From: Erythrobacteraceae bacterium
GTDB lineage: Bacteria > Pseudomonadota > Alphaproteobacteria > Sphingomonadales > Sphingomonadaceae
DNA length: 64,000 nt
Assembly (NCBI GenBank): GCA_031399025.1
Contig: JANNOJ010000015.1
Span: forward strand, 36,306 to 100,305
Direction: 5' to 3'
The notes under the pieces: model-generated
Told to the model about the DNA's origin: nothing
Databases searched by the model: none
Seen by the model: the letters and a program-made list of their open reading frames with translations, nothing else
Made by a program: the position numbers and the translations under genes
Shown here: piece after piece, positions 33,223-43,618 of the stretch
Numbering within the stretch: position 1 is the first letter of the stretch
Layout of the letters: each line of letters begins with the position of its first letter

Positions 33223-34398
33223 ATGATCGCCTTCGACTGGGCCGATCCACTCGCGCTCGACGACCTGCTCACCCAAGAGGAGCGAATGATCCGCGATGCT
33301 GCCCGCGGCTTCGCGCAAGCGGTGCTGCAGCCGCGCGTCATCGCCGCCTTCCGCGACGAGACCGACGCCCCCGACCTGTTCCCGCTCATGGGCGAGGCGG
33401 GGCTGTTGGGCGTCACCATTCCCGAGGAGTACGGCGGCGCGGGCGCGGGCTATGTCGCTTACGGGCTGGTGGCGCGCGAGATCGAGCGGGTGGACTCGGG
33501 CTATCGCTCGATGGCCAGCGTCCAGTCCAGCCTGGTGATGTACCCGATCCACGCTTACGGCTCGGACGCGCAAAAAGAAAAGTACCTGCCGCGCCTCGCC
33601 GGTGGCCAACTCATCGGTTGCTTCGGTCTGACCGAGCCCGACGCCGGCTCCGATCCCGGCGCCATGCGGACGCACGCGCGCGCGGACGGCGATGGCTATG
33701 TCATTTCCGGCAGCAAGACCTGGATTTCCAACTCGCCCTTCGCCGACCTGTTCGTAGTTTGGGCCAAGTCCGAAGCGCATGGCGGGCGCATCCGCGGCTT
33801 CCTGCTCGAAAAGGGCATGGCCGGGCTCTCGGCGCCCACGATCGAGGGCAAGATGAGCTTGCGCGCCAGCACCACCGGCGAGATCGTGATGGACGCGGTG
33901 CGGGTGCCCGCCGATGCGCTGCTGCCGGGCGTGGAGGGCATGAAGGGGCCGTTCGGCTGCCTCAACCGCGCGCGCTACGGCATTTCCTGGGGCGTGATGG
34001 GCGCGGCCGAGTTCTGCTATTCCTCGGCCCGAAGCTATGGCCTGGATCGCCGGCAGTTCGGCCGCCCGCTAGCCGCCACCCAGCTGTTCCAGAAGAAGCT
34101 GGCCGACATGGCGAGCGAGATCACGCTCGGCCTGCACGCCTCGCTGCGCGTCGGCCGCCTGCTGGAGGAAGGCCGCTGTGCTCCCGAGATGATCAGCCTC
34201 GTCAAGCGCAACAATGCGGGCAAGGCGCTGGAGATCGCCCGCACGGCGCGCGACATGCACGGCGGCAACGGCATCTCCGAGGAATACCAGGTCATGCGCC
34301 ACATGCTGAACCTGGAGACGGTGAACACCTACGAAGGCACGCACGATGTCCATGCGCTGATCCTGGGCCGGGCGATCACCGGCCTGTCGGCCTTCTGA
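33223..34398 (+). CDS. gcdH: glutaryl-CoA dehydrogenase (acyl-CoA dehydrogenase family)
   Basis: 391 aa. [22 protein letters not shown] start typical of [24 protein letters not shown], and C-terminal [21 protein letters not shown]. Confidence 0.88.
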   Translation: MIAFDWADPLALDDLLTQEERMIRDAARGFAQAVLQPRVIAAFRDETDAPDLFPLMGEAGLLGVTIPEEYGGAGAGYVAYGLVAREIERVDSGYRSMASVQSSLVMYPIHAYGSDAQKEKYLPRLAGGQLIGCFGLTEPDAGSDPGAMRTHARADGDGYVISGSKTWISNSPFADLFVVWAKSEAHGGRIRGFLLEKGMAGLSAPTIEGKMSLRASTTGEIVMDAVRVPADALLPGVEGMKGPFGCLNRARYGISWGVMGAAEFCYSSARSYGLDRRQFGRPLAATQLFQKKLADMASEITLGLHASLRVGRLLEEGRCAPEMISLVKRNNAGKALEIARTARDMHGGNGISEEYQVMRHMLNLETVNTYEGTHDVHALILGRAITGLSAF

Positions 34399-34568
34399 GC
34401 CGACCCGCCGGGCGCGGCGGCGGCGCCATCGTGGCGCCGGCCGTGGTGACGGCAGGCGGGCCGATGGTGGAGCTCGGCCGCCCGCCCGCGCATTTGATCG
34501 AGCGCTCACGCAACTGGCGGGCATTACCCTTCTTCCCTGTCGCAGAGCACGGTAAGGGACATCGGCCG

Positions 34569-35384
34569 ATGGAATCGCCGATGATCGCCCCCTCGCCTGC
34601 CGCCGACCCGGTGCCCGCGCTGATCGATCGGCTGCGCGAACGCTTCGGCCGGCGGGCGGTGGGCATGGTGGCGGCGCTCGTGCTCGAGCTGCTGCTGATC
34701 GCCCTGCTGCTCTCGCTCGGGCGAGCGGGGATCACCCCGGCGCAGGACAGCGAGGCGCTGGTGACCTTCGATGTGCGCTCCGCCCCGTCGGCCGAGCCGG
34801 CCGCCCCGGAGCAAGCCCGCGATGACGAAGCCGCCCCGCTCGTTCCCCAGACCCGCACCGAGCCGCCGCCGGCGATGCCGCCCCCTGCCCTCGTCCTCCC
34901 GCGCGCCAACCCGCTGCCGGCGCCGCAACCGCCGCAAGCGGCCATCATCCCGCTATCGCCCGACGAGCTGGCCGCGGCCGACATTGCCGACCTGGCGCCC
35001 GCGCGCCGCCCCGAGGAAGCGCGCGGCGGCCCCGCCTATGGCCCCAGCCTCGCCGCGGCGCCGGGCGACAGCGAAGTGGTCGGCCGGGCGCCGAACGGCG
35101 AGCCGCTCTACGCCGCGCGCTGGTTCCGCGAGCCCACCGACGGCGAGTTGCACGGCTATCTGTCCACCGCCAGCAGCCCAGGCTGGGCGCTCATTGCCTG
35201 CCGCACCGCACCGCAGTGGCGGGTGGAGGATTGCGTGGGTCTGGCCGAATACCCGACCGGCTCCAACCTCCAGCGCGCCGCGCTCGCCGCCGCCTGGCAG
35301 TTCCAGGTGCGCCCGCCGCGCCGGGGCGGCCAGTCGCTGGTGGGTTCCTGGGTGCGCATCAGGATCGAGTTGACCCGGTCCTGA
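34569..35384 (+). CDS. TonB-like energy-transducer family protein
   Basis: TM anchor (VGMVAALVLELLLIALLLSL), Pro-rich spacer (PPPAMPPPALVLPRANPLPAPQPPQ), and a C-terminal ~90-aa domain ending GSWVRIRIELTR. Confidence 0.5.
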   Translation: MESPMIAPSPAADPVPALIDRLRERFGRRAVGMVAALVLELLLIALLLSLGRAGITPAQDSEALVTFDVRSAPSAEPAAPEQARDDEAAPLVPQTRTEPPPAMPPPALVLPRANPLPAPQPPQAAIIPLSPDELAAADIADLAPARRPEEARGGPAYGPSLAAAPGDSEVVGRAPNGEPLYAARWFREPTDGELHGYLSTASSPGWALIACRTAPQWRVEDCVGLAEYPTGSNLQRAALAAAWQFQVRPPRRGGQSLVGSWVRIRIELTRS

Positions 35385-35715
35385 TGCGCACCTGCGGGTT
35401 GATCGGCCAGCATCGGCGCATCGAGCGCCAGCACCCCCTCGCCTGGGGGGTGGACGATCACCGGATTGAGGTCGATCTCGCCACCGCCGGGTTGCCGGCC
35501 ACGCGCGCGAACGCCCGCGCACATCCTCGGCGAAAGCGGTGCCACTCCTGCTTGAGCCTGCCCTGGTCGAAGCGCCCGAGCGCGCCCGAACATCGCCCCC
35601 GGCTGCTCCCGGCGCTCGATGCGCTGTGGCACGAGCCGCGGCGCGTCCACACCGAGTAAGGCTTGCCCATTTCGAGTGGGCGACCTAGCCATGAGGCGGC
35701 AGCCGGGAGAGGGCG

Positions 35716-37662
<1,947 letters not shown>

Positions 37663-37703
37663 ATTTCCCGGCACCAATAGCTCGCCCGGGGGGTTGGGCA
37701 GGA

Positions 37704-38291
37704 GTGAACAAAGTCTCCACGGAAAATGCGGCCGAGCCGCTGTTCGAGCTCGATCGCCGGGTGCGCGACCTGTTCGCACCCTATCGCCGGACCCCGCTGG
37801 TCAAAGCCCTCAGGAAGGTCGGCCAGGCCGGGGACCAGCCGCAGCTGCGGGCGCTCGGCGCCGGCCTGTTCGTGCTCGGCCTGGTCCGCTCGGACCCGCA
37901 GATGATGCGCGCGGCTACGCGGATGCTGCTCTCGCACGAACTCGCCACCCTCGCCAAATCGGCCATCAAGCACCGGATCGACCGCGCCCGCCCGCGCAGC
38001 GCCGCGGGCGATGGCGACCACAAGCCCAAGCCCGGGCGCAAGACGGCCAAGGAAGACACCAGCTTCCCCTCGGGCCACAGCGCCGGAGCGATAGCGGTCG
38101 CCTCGGCCTTCGCGGCGCTCTACCCCGAGCACCGCGCCAAGGCGCTGGGCGCCGGCGGGTTGATCGGCCTCGTCCAGGTGCCGACCTGCGCCCATTATCC
38201 CAGTGACGTCGCGGTCGGCCTGTCGCTGGGCGCGGCGGTGGATTTCGGGGTGGGACTCGCCTGGCGCCGGATCGCCTTCCTCGGCGGCTGA
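37704..38291 (+). CDS. PAP2-family phosphatase
   Basis: Acid-phosphatase motifs KHRIDRARP, FPSGHS, AHYPSDV. GTG start with a GGAG RBS. Confidence 0.8.
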   Translation: MNKVSTENAAEPLFELDRRVRDLFAPYRRTPLVKALRKVGQAGDQPQLRALGAGLFVLGLVRSDPQMMRAATRMLLSHELATLAKSAIKHRIDRARPRSAAGDGDHKPKPGRKTAKEDTSFPSGHSAGAIAVASAFAALYPEHRAKALGAGGLIGLVQVPTCAHYPSDVAVGLSLGAAVDFGVGLAWRRIAFLGG

Positions 38292-38339
38292 GTTCTGGCG
38301 CATGCCGGGGGGCGCCCGATCGTTCCCCCGCCGGCGCGC

Positions 38340-38640
38340 AAGTTGGCGGGAGGCACGCGAAGGCGAGCGGGCGTGCCGCGAACGCTTGGTCGAACGCCGG
38401 CTCGAAGCCATGGCGCAAAGCAAGGTCGAGAACGAGCCGTTCGCCCGCGGCGCGCGCTTCGCCGAAAACGGGGTCGAACTGTCGCTGGGCATTGAGCGGG
38501 TGTGGGCCACCCCCGCCTCGGCGCGGGGCTGCCGGTCGATCGTTGCCGAGCTGGGAGGTCCCAGCCCGTGAGTGTCAGATTGGCCATGATCCAGCTCGCC
38601 GCAGCCGTCATCGACTCACGCTTAGAATCGTGCATCCCTA
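38340..38640 (+). mobile_element. short relic of an IS5-family transposase 3' end
   Basis: RERLVERRLEAM... in one frame and VRLAMIQLAAAVIDSRL in another. The last ~45 nt align by eye with the reverse complement of 9654-9700 (catgatccagctcgccgcagccgtcatcgactcacgct vs catcatccagctcgccgcagccgtcatcaactcacgct). Confidence 0.4.
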
Positions 38641-38901
38641 GGGCGTTGGGGCGGCAGCGGAGCTTGAAGCCGGAGACATCGCAGTCATGCTGGCCAGCGC
38701 GGCAGCGGATGAGGCCGTCTTTGTCGGCAAGCGAGCGCGCGCCTCGCTGGGGGCCGATCGGCACGGCCTCGCGAATGGGCGCGGGGCGGCCGGGAATGCG
38801 CCAAACGGCGTATCCCCTTAGCTGCGCCGCGGGCTGATGGTGCCCCGGTCCGGTGTATGCCCGCCGCATGGACTGGCATTGTGGGGGTGACAAAGACGGG
38901 C

Positions 38902-40494
38902 ATGACGCAACCACCGCATTTCGCCATCAGCAAGCGCGACCTGCTGGCCATGATCGGCAAATCGGCCGGCGCCACCGCGATGCTGATGGCCATGGCGCCG
39001 CTCGGCCAGGCCCATGCGTCGACCTTCACCGGGCCGATTAAGCTCGAAGGCGGCGCCAAGGGAGCCTCGGTCGTCATTCTTGGAGCGGGTCTGGCCGGAA
39101 TGGTCTCGGCGCTGGAGCTGAGCCGCGCGGGCTACCGGGTGCAGGTGCTGGAGTTCAACCCGAAGGTCGGCGGCAGGACGTGGTCGCTGCGCGGCGGCGA
39201 CAGCTACACCGAGCTGGGCGGTCATACGCAGACCTGCACCTTTGCCGACGGCAATTACCTCAACCCCGGCGCCTGGCGCATTCCCACCGAGCACGGCGGG
39301 GTGATCCATTATTGCAACGAGCTGGGCGTGGCGCTCGAGCCGTTCCAGCAGAACAATTACAACGCCTATGTCCATTCGACCAAGGCGTTCGGCGGCAAGC
39401 CGCAGCGCTTCAAGACGATCCAGGCGGATTATCACGGCCATGTCGCCGAGCTGCTGGGCAAGGCGGTCAAGCAGAACGCGCTCGACGATGCGGTAACGGC
39501 CGAGGATGCCGAGATCCTCATGGAATCGCTGCGCGACTGGGGCGCGCTCGACCGTGACATGCGCTATGTGAAGGGCACTGCCTCGGCCCGCCGGCGCGGG
39601 TGGGAAAAGGGCCCCGGCGGCGGGCTGACCGCGGTGCCCATCCCGTCCGAGCCGCTCGACCTGGCCACCGTGCTCAAATCGGGCCTGTGGGAGAGCCTGG
39701 GCGGCCACCTCACCAACGAGCACCAGCAGGCGATCTTCCAGCCCGTGGGCGGCATGGACCAGATCGCGGTCGGCTTCGAGCGCGCGATCGGCTCGCTGGT
39801 GCGCCTCAACAGCAAGGTCACCGCCATCCGCCAGGACGATGCCGGCGTGAGCGTGGAATATCTCGACACGGTGACGGGCGAACGGCTCACCGCGCAGGCC
39901 GATTACTGCATCAACACCATCCCGCTCTCGATCCTGGCGCAGATCCCCATGAATGTCGGCGGGCCGATGGCCGCGGCGATCCGGGCGGTGCCCTATGGCC
40001 CGAGCGTGAAGGTGGGGCTGGAATTCAAGCGCCGCTTCTGGGAGCAGGACGAGCAGATCTACGGCGGCATCACCACTACCGACCTCCCCAATTCGCAGAT
40101 CTCCTATCCCAGCTCGGGCTATGGCTCCAAGGGTCCGGGGGTGTTGCTGGGCGCCTACGTGGGCGGCGCCACCTCCTACGAGCTGTCCTCGCTGCCGCCC
40201 CAGGAGCGCGTGGCCAAGGCGCTCGAATGGGGCGCGAATATCCACCCGCAATATCGCGACGAGTTCGTGAGCGGCATCTCGGTCGCCTGGCACCGCGTGC
40301 CCTGGACGCTGGGCTGCTCGGGCCGGTGGACCGAGGAGACGCGCGCCGCGCATTACCACAATCTGTGCGAGATCGACGGGCGCATCGTGCTCGCCGGCGA
40401 GCACGCCTCCTATATCGGCGCGTGGCAGGAAGGCGCGGTGACCTCAGCGCTCGATGCGATCGGGCGGCTGCATCACCGTGTCCAGGCGGCCTGA
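38902..40494 (+). CDS. flavin monoamine oxidase-family protein with Tat-like signal (paralog 1)
   Basis: MTQPPHFAISKRDLLAMIGKSAGATAMLMAMAPLGQAHA leader (KR variant of the twin-Arg motif). FAD fold VVILGAGLAGMVSALEL..VLEFNPKVGGR. C-terminal RIVLAGEHASYIGAWQEGAVTSA. About half the positions match paralog 2 by eye. Confidence 0.85.
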   Translation: MTQPPHFAISKRDLLAMIGKSAGATAMLMAMAPLGQAHASTFTGPIKLEGGAKGASVVILGAGLAGMVSALELSRAGYRVQVLEFNPKVGGRTWSLRGGDSYTELGGHTQTCTFADGNYLNPGAWRIPTEHGGVIHYCNELGVALEPFQQNNYNAYVHSTKAFGGKPQRFKTIQADYHGHVAELLGKAVKQNALDDAVTAEDAEILMESLRDWGALDRDMRYVKGTASARRRGWEKGPGGGLTAVPIPSEPLDLATVLKSGLWESLGGHLTNEHQQAIFQPVGGMDQIAVGFERAIGSLVRLNSKVTAIRQDDAGVSVEYLDTVTGERLTAQADYCINTIPLSILAQIPMNVGGPMAAAIRAVPYGPSVKVGLEFKRRFWEQDEQIYGGITTTDLPNSQISYPSSGYGSKGPGVLLGAYVGGATSYELSSLPPQERVAKALEWGANIHPQYRDEFVSGISVAWHRVPWTLGCSGRWTEETRAAHYHNLCEIDGRIVLAGEHASYIGAWQEGAVTSALDAIGRLHHRVQAA

Positions 40495-40498
40495 GCCC

Positions 40499-40957
40499 AT
40501 GACCATCCCCCGTAAGCTCGCACTCCGCGCCGCCTCGGCCACGGCGCTCGCTCTCCTCGGCGCGACCGCGCTGGCGCAGGAGACGGCGCCCATCGGCCCC
40601 GCCGTCGCCGGGCCGGTCGTGGGCGAAGCGCAAGCCGCCGCGATCGCCAGCAACGCCCCGCGCTTCACCCAGACCTCGGGCGAGGACCTGTACATGAACG
40701 TGTGCGCCGCCTGCCACATGCCCGACGGTCAGGGCGCGCAAGGAGCCGGCTTCTACCCTTCGCTGGCCGGCAACCCGAAGCTCGCCGCCGGCGCCTACCC
40801 CGCCTACGTCGTGCTCAAAGGCATGAACGGGATGCCCGCGGTGGGCGAGATGATGGACGATGCGCAGGTGGCCGAAGTGGTCAATTACGTGCGCACCCAT
40901 TTCGGCAACGACTTCGATACGCCGATGCAGCCTGCGGACGTGGCCGCGCTGCGCTGA
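40499..40957 (+). CDS. monohaem class-I cytochrome c (partner of paralog 1)
   Basis: Sec signal MTIPRKLALRAASATALALLGATALAQ. Haem site CAACH. Distal Met region GMNGMPAV. Starts 4 nt after the oxidase stop. Confidence 0.85.
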   Translation: MTIPRKLALRAASATALALLGATALAQETAPIGPAVAGPVVGEAQAAAIASNAPRFTQTSGEDLYMNVCAACHMPDGQGAQGAGFYPSLAGNPKLAAGAYPAYVVLKGMNGMPAVGEMMDDAQVAEVVNYVRTHFGNDFDTPMQPADVAALR

Positions 40958-40979
40958 GGCGCTGCGCCGGCGGCGCGCG

Positions 40980-41399
40980 CTAGCCTTCGGGCGACGTCGC
41001 GCCGGCGATCGCCGCCACCTCGGCCGCCGTCACCGGCTCGGGATAATCGTTGAACTCGGTGCGCACGTGGGTGAGCACCGCGGCGATCTGCTCGGGGGTC
41101 AGGATGTCGGTGAACCACGGCATGCCGGCGCGCCCCTTGGCCATGATCTCAATGATGTAGGCCTTGTCGGCCATGCGCGGGTTGTCGGCCAGCGCCGGGA
41201 TGCCCGTGCCTGCCCCCGCCCCGCCCATGGCATCGGCCATGTGGCACGATTGGCAGATCTGCTGATAGACCTGCCCTCCCTCGCTGGCGATCTGCACCGA
41301 GGCGGTGCCGCCCGGCCCGTCCTGCGCGCGCGGGGCGTGCGCGGGCACGGCCAGCGCGGATGCGCCCACGGCGAGCGTGGCGGCGAGACGCGCCCTCAT
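40980..41399 (-). CDS. monohaem class-I cytochrome c (partner of paralog 2)
   Basis: 139 aa. Signal MRARLAATLAVGASALAVPAHA. Haem site CQSCH. GRAGMPWF Met region. ATG overlaps the TGA of the upstream oxidase gene. Confidence 0.85.
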   Translation of the reverse strand: MRARLAATLAVGASALAVPAHAPRAQDGPGGTASVQIASEGGQVYQQICQSCHMADAMGGAGAGTGIPALADNPRMADKAYIIEIMAKGRAGMPWFTDILTPEQIAAVLTHVRTEFNDYPEPVTAAEVAAIAGATSPEG

Positions 41400-42988
41400 G
41401 CGGCGAGCGCGCGGGTGTGCAGCTGCTCGATGGCGTTGAGCGCCGAGAGCAGCGAGCCTTCCATCCAACCGCCGTAATAGGTGGCATGTTCGCCCGCGAG
41501 CGCGATGCGACCGTCCATGGTGACGAGGTTGGTGTAATGCGCCGCGCGGCTGTCCTCGGTCCAGCGCGCGGTGCAGCCCTGGATCCACGGCATGCGGCTC
41601 CAGGCGATCGAGGCGCCGCTGACGTATTCGCGGCGATATTCCTCGGGGTGGAAGACCGATCCCTGCTCCAGCGCCAGCTCGATCCGCTGCTCGGGCGTCA
41701 TCCCCGCCAGCTGGAACGCGCCCGCGCCGCTGGCGAAGGCGCCCAGCAAGACCGCCGGGCCATCCTGGAAATAGTTGAAATTGGGGTATGAGATGAGCGA
41801 GATCGCCTGGTCGGTGAAGCTGTGTCCGCCATAGATCGAGTAGTTCTTCTCCCAGAAGCGGCTCTTCATCTCGAGGCCGATCTTCACCATGCTGCTCATC
41901 GGCACCGCGCTGATCGCCGCCTTGGTGGCATCGCTCACCTGCACGTCGAGCTGGCTGAGGATCGTGGGCGGGATCGTGCACACGCACCAGTCGGCCTGCG
42001 CCTGGCCGGTCTCGCCGGTGACGGTGTCGGTCCAGCTGGCCGTGACCCCCCGCTCGCCCTGCGCCAGCCGCGTGACGCGGGTATTCATCCGCACCATCGG
42101 CTTGATTTCATTGAAGAAGCCCTGGGCGATCATGTCCATGCCGCCCTTGGGCTGGAACATGGTGGTCTGCATCACGTAGTTGAAATAGAAGTTCATCTGC
42201 GTCCAGACGTTGCTCGCCAGCACGTCGGTGAGACTGTTGACCGACGAGGCGCTGGGCGCGCCGACGAGACCGCCGCCGGGCGGGGTGTCGTAGCCGCGCT
42301 GGGCCGAGGTCTGGATCGAGCTGGTATAGGCCAGGTTCTCGTCGAGCAGGCCCCATTCGCGCATGGCGACGAGCAGCTTCTCCTTGTCCTCGGTGGTCAC
42401 TTGGCTGTCGAGCGCGCCGGCGTTGAGCGACTTGGAGAGCAGCTCGGAGACGTGGCCCTTGAAGTCCACCGCCAGCTCCTTGTAGCGCTGCGGCTTGCCG
42501 CCGAAGGCGTTGGTGCGGTGGACGAAGGTGTTGGTGTTGTTCTGGATGAACGGCTCCAGCTCAACTCCGAACGCCTTACAATAATGCAGCAAGGTGCGGT
42601 GGTGGTGCGGGATGCGCCAGGGCCCGGGGTTGAGGTAATTGCCGGGTGAGTAGGTGACCTGCTGGGTAGCCCCGCCCACCTCGACCACCCGGTCGCCCCC
42701 GCGCAGCGTGTAGCAACGGCCGCCGACGCGGTCCTGGTATTCGAGCAATTGCACGCCGTAGCCGGCCTTGGCCAATTCGTAAGCCGCCAGCATCCCGGCC
42801 AGACCCGCACCCAGCACCAGCACGCTGGCGCCGGGCCGCGCGCCGGTGAGCGCGGGCGGCCCGCTGAACTGCGATTCCGCCGCGTGGCCCAGCACGGTCA
42901 TCGCCTGGTACATCGCCAGGCCGCCGCCGATCGTGCCGATCATCGACAGCAGCTCGCGGCGGGTGGGCACGTAATCGGGGAGGCTCAT
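41396..42988 (-). CDS. flavin monoamine oxidase-family protein with twin-arginine signal (paralog 2)
   Basis: MSLPDYVPTRRELLSMIGTIGGGLAMYQAMTVLGHAA (TRRELL Tat motif). VLVLGAGLAGMLAAYEL..LLEYQDRVGGR. C-terminal RIALAGEHATYYGGWMEGSLLSA. Confidence 0.9.
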   Translation of the reverse strand: MSLPDYVPTRRELLSMIGTIGGGLAMYQAMTVLGHAAESQFSGPPALTGARPGASVLVLGAGLAGMLAAYELAKAGYGVQLLEYQDRVGGRCYTLRGGDRVVEVGGATQQVTYSPGNYLNPGPWRIPHHHRTLLHYCKAFGVELEPFIQNNTNTFVHRTNAFGGKPQRYKELAVDFKGHVSELLSKSLNAGALDSQVTTEDKEKLLVAMREWGLLDENLAYTSSIQTSAQRGYDTPPGGGLVGAPSASSVNSLTDVLASNVWTQMNFYFNYVMQTTMFQPKGGMDMIAQGFFNEIKPMVRMNTRVTRLAQGERGVTASWTDTVTGETGQAQADWCVCTIPPTILSQLDVQVSDATKAAISAVPMSSMVKIGLEMKSRFWEKNYSIYGGHSFTDQAISLISYPNFNYFQDGPAVLLGAFASGAGAFQLAGMTPEQRIELALEQGSVFHPEEYRREYVSGASIAWSRMPWIQGCTARWTEDSRAAHYTNLVTMDGRIALAGEHATYYGGWMEGSLLSALNAIEQLHTRALAA

Positions 42989-43035
42989 CGGGTTCGCCTG
43001 AGGGTGCGAGGTCTGGTGGAGTGGGCAGGCCGCAA

Positions 43036-43542
43036 TCAGGGCGCGGTGGCGGCGATCGCCTCGATCTCGACATACATCCCCGGGCGACCCAGCGCGGCGA
43101 TCTGGATGGTCGAGCGGGTCGGGCGGTTGGGCTGTTCGGGGGTGCCGAAGAAGGTGCGGAACACCTCGTTCATCGCGGCCGAGTCCATCCGCCCCTCGGT
43201 CTCGGGCGTGCCGACCAGGAACACGGTCATCTTGACCACGTCGCCCATATCCATCCCCATGCCTTCCAGCGTCGCCTTGATCTTGGTCAGCACCGACAGC
43301 GTCTGCTGGCGCGTGTCACCCAGATTTTCCGGCACGGCGGGATCGAGCGGGGAGGGCGTGGTGCCCGAGATGAAGACGATGCGGCTGTCTGCCGGCAGCG
43401 AGGCGGTGCCGGCGATGGTTGCGGTGGGGCTGTTGTAGGTCCGCTCGATCTGCGCGGCGGCTTCCTGCGCCAGGGCGCCGCCGCTCGGGAGGGCCAGCGC
43501 TACCGGCAGGGCGGCAAGGGCAAGGGCAAGGATGTGGCGCAT
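43036..43542 (-). CDS. RidA/YjgF/UK114 (Rid) family protein with signal peptide
   Basis: 168 aa. MRHILALALAALPVALALPSGGALAQ leader. Rid core ISGTTPSP...GDTRQQTLSVLTKIKATLEGMGMDMGDVVKMTVFL...PTRSTIQIAAL...VEIEAIAA. The Arg equivalent to the imine-deaminase Arg is present (PTRS). Confidence 0.8.
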   Translation of the reverse strand: MRHILALALAALPVALALPSGGALAQEAAAQIERTYNSPTATIAGTASLPADSRIVFISGTTPSPLDPAVPENLGDTRQQTLSVLTKIKATLEGMGMDMGDVVKMTVFLVGTPETEGRMDSAAMNEVFRTFFGTPEQPNRPTRSTIQIAALGRPGMYVEIEAIAATAP

Positions 43543-43618
43543 GCAAGGGGTTCCCGTCTCAGTCATTCGTGCAACGAAGGCGGGCGACCTCAAGGAAGGG
43601 CGCCCGCGGGCGATCATG

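Noticed and set aside
35385-35700. Minus-strand peptide ...GGEIDLNPVIVHPPGEGVLALDAPMLAD..., resembling the E-I-N-P-L / ALDA motif of succinyl-CoA-synthetase-like ATP-grasp (ADP-forming acyl-CoA synthetase/Pat-type) proteins, next to acs
   Set aside because: Only about 25 residues match, with no start, no natural stop (the frame runs on antisense into the TonB-like gene) and no upstream colinearity. It may be a gene relic, but it is too short to call.
38650-38860. High-GC3 minus-strand fragment (YAVWRIPGRPAPIREAVPIGPQRGARSLADKDGLIRCRAGQ...) divergent from the first amine-oxidase gene; faintly GntR-HTH-like
   Set aside because: The resemblance is vague and the order of motif pieces does not fit a wHTH. 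The frame continues antisense through the IS relic. It could be a truncated regulator head, but this is not supportable from sequence alone.
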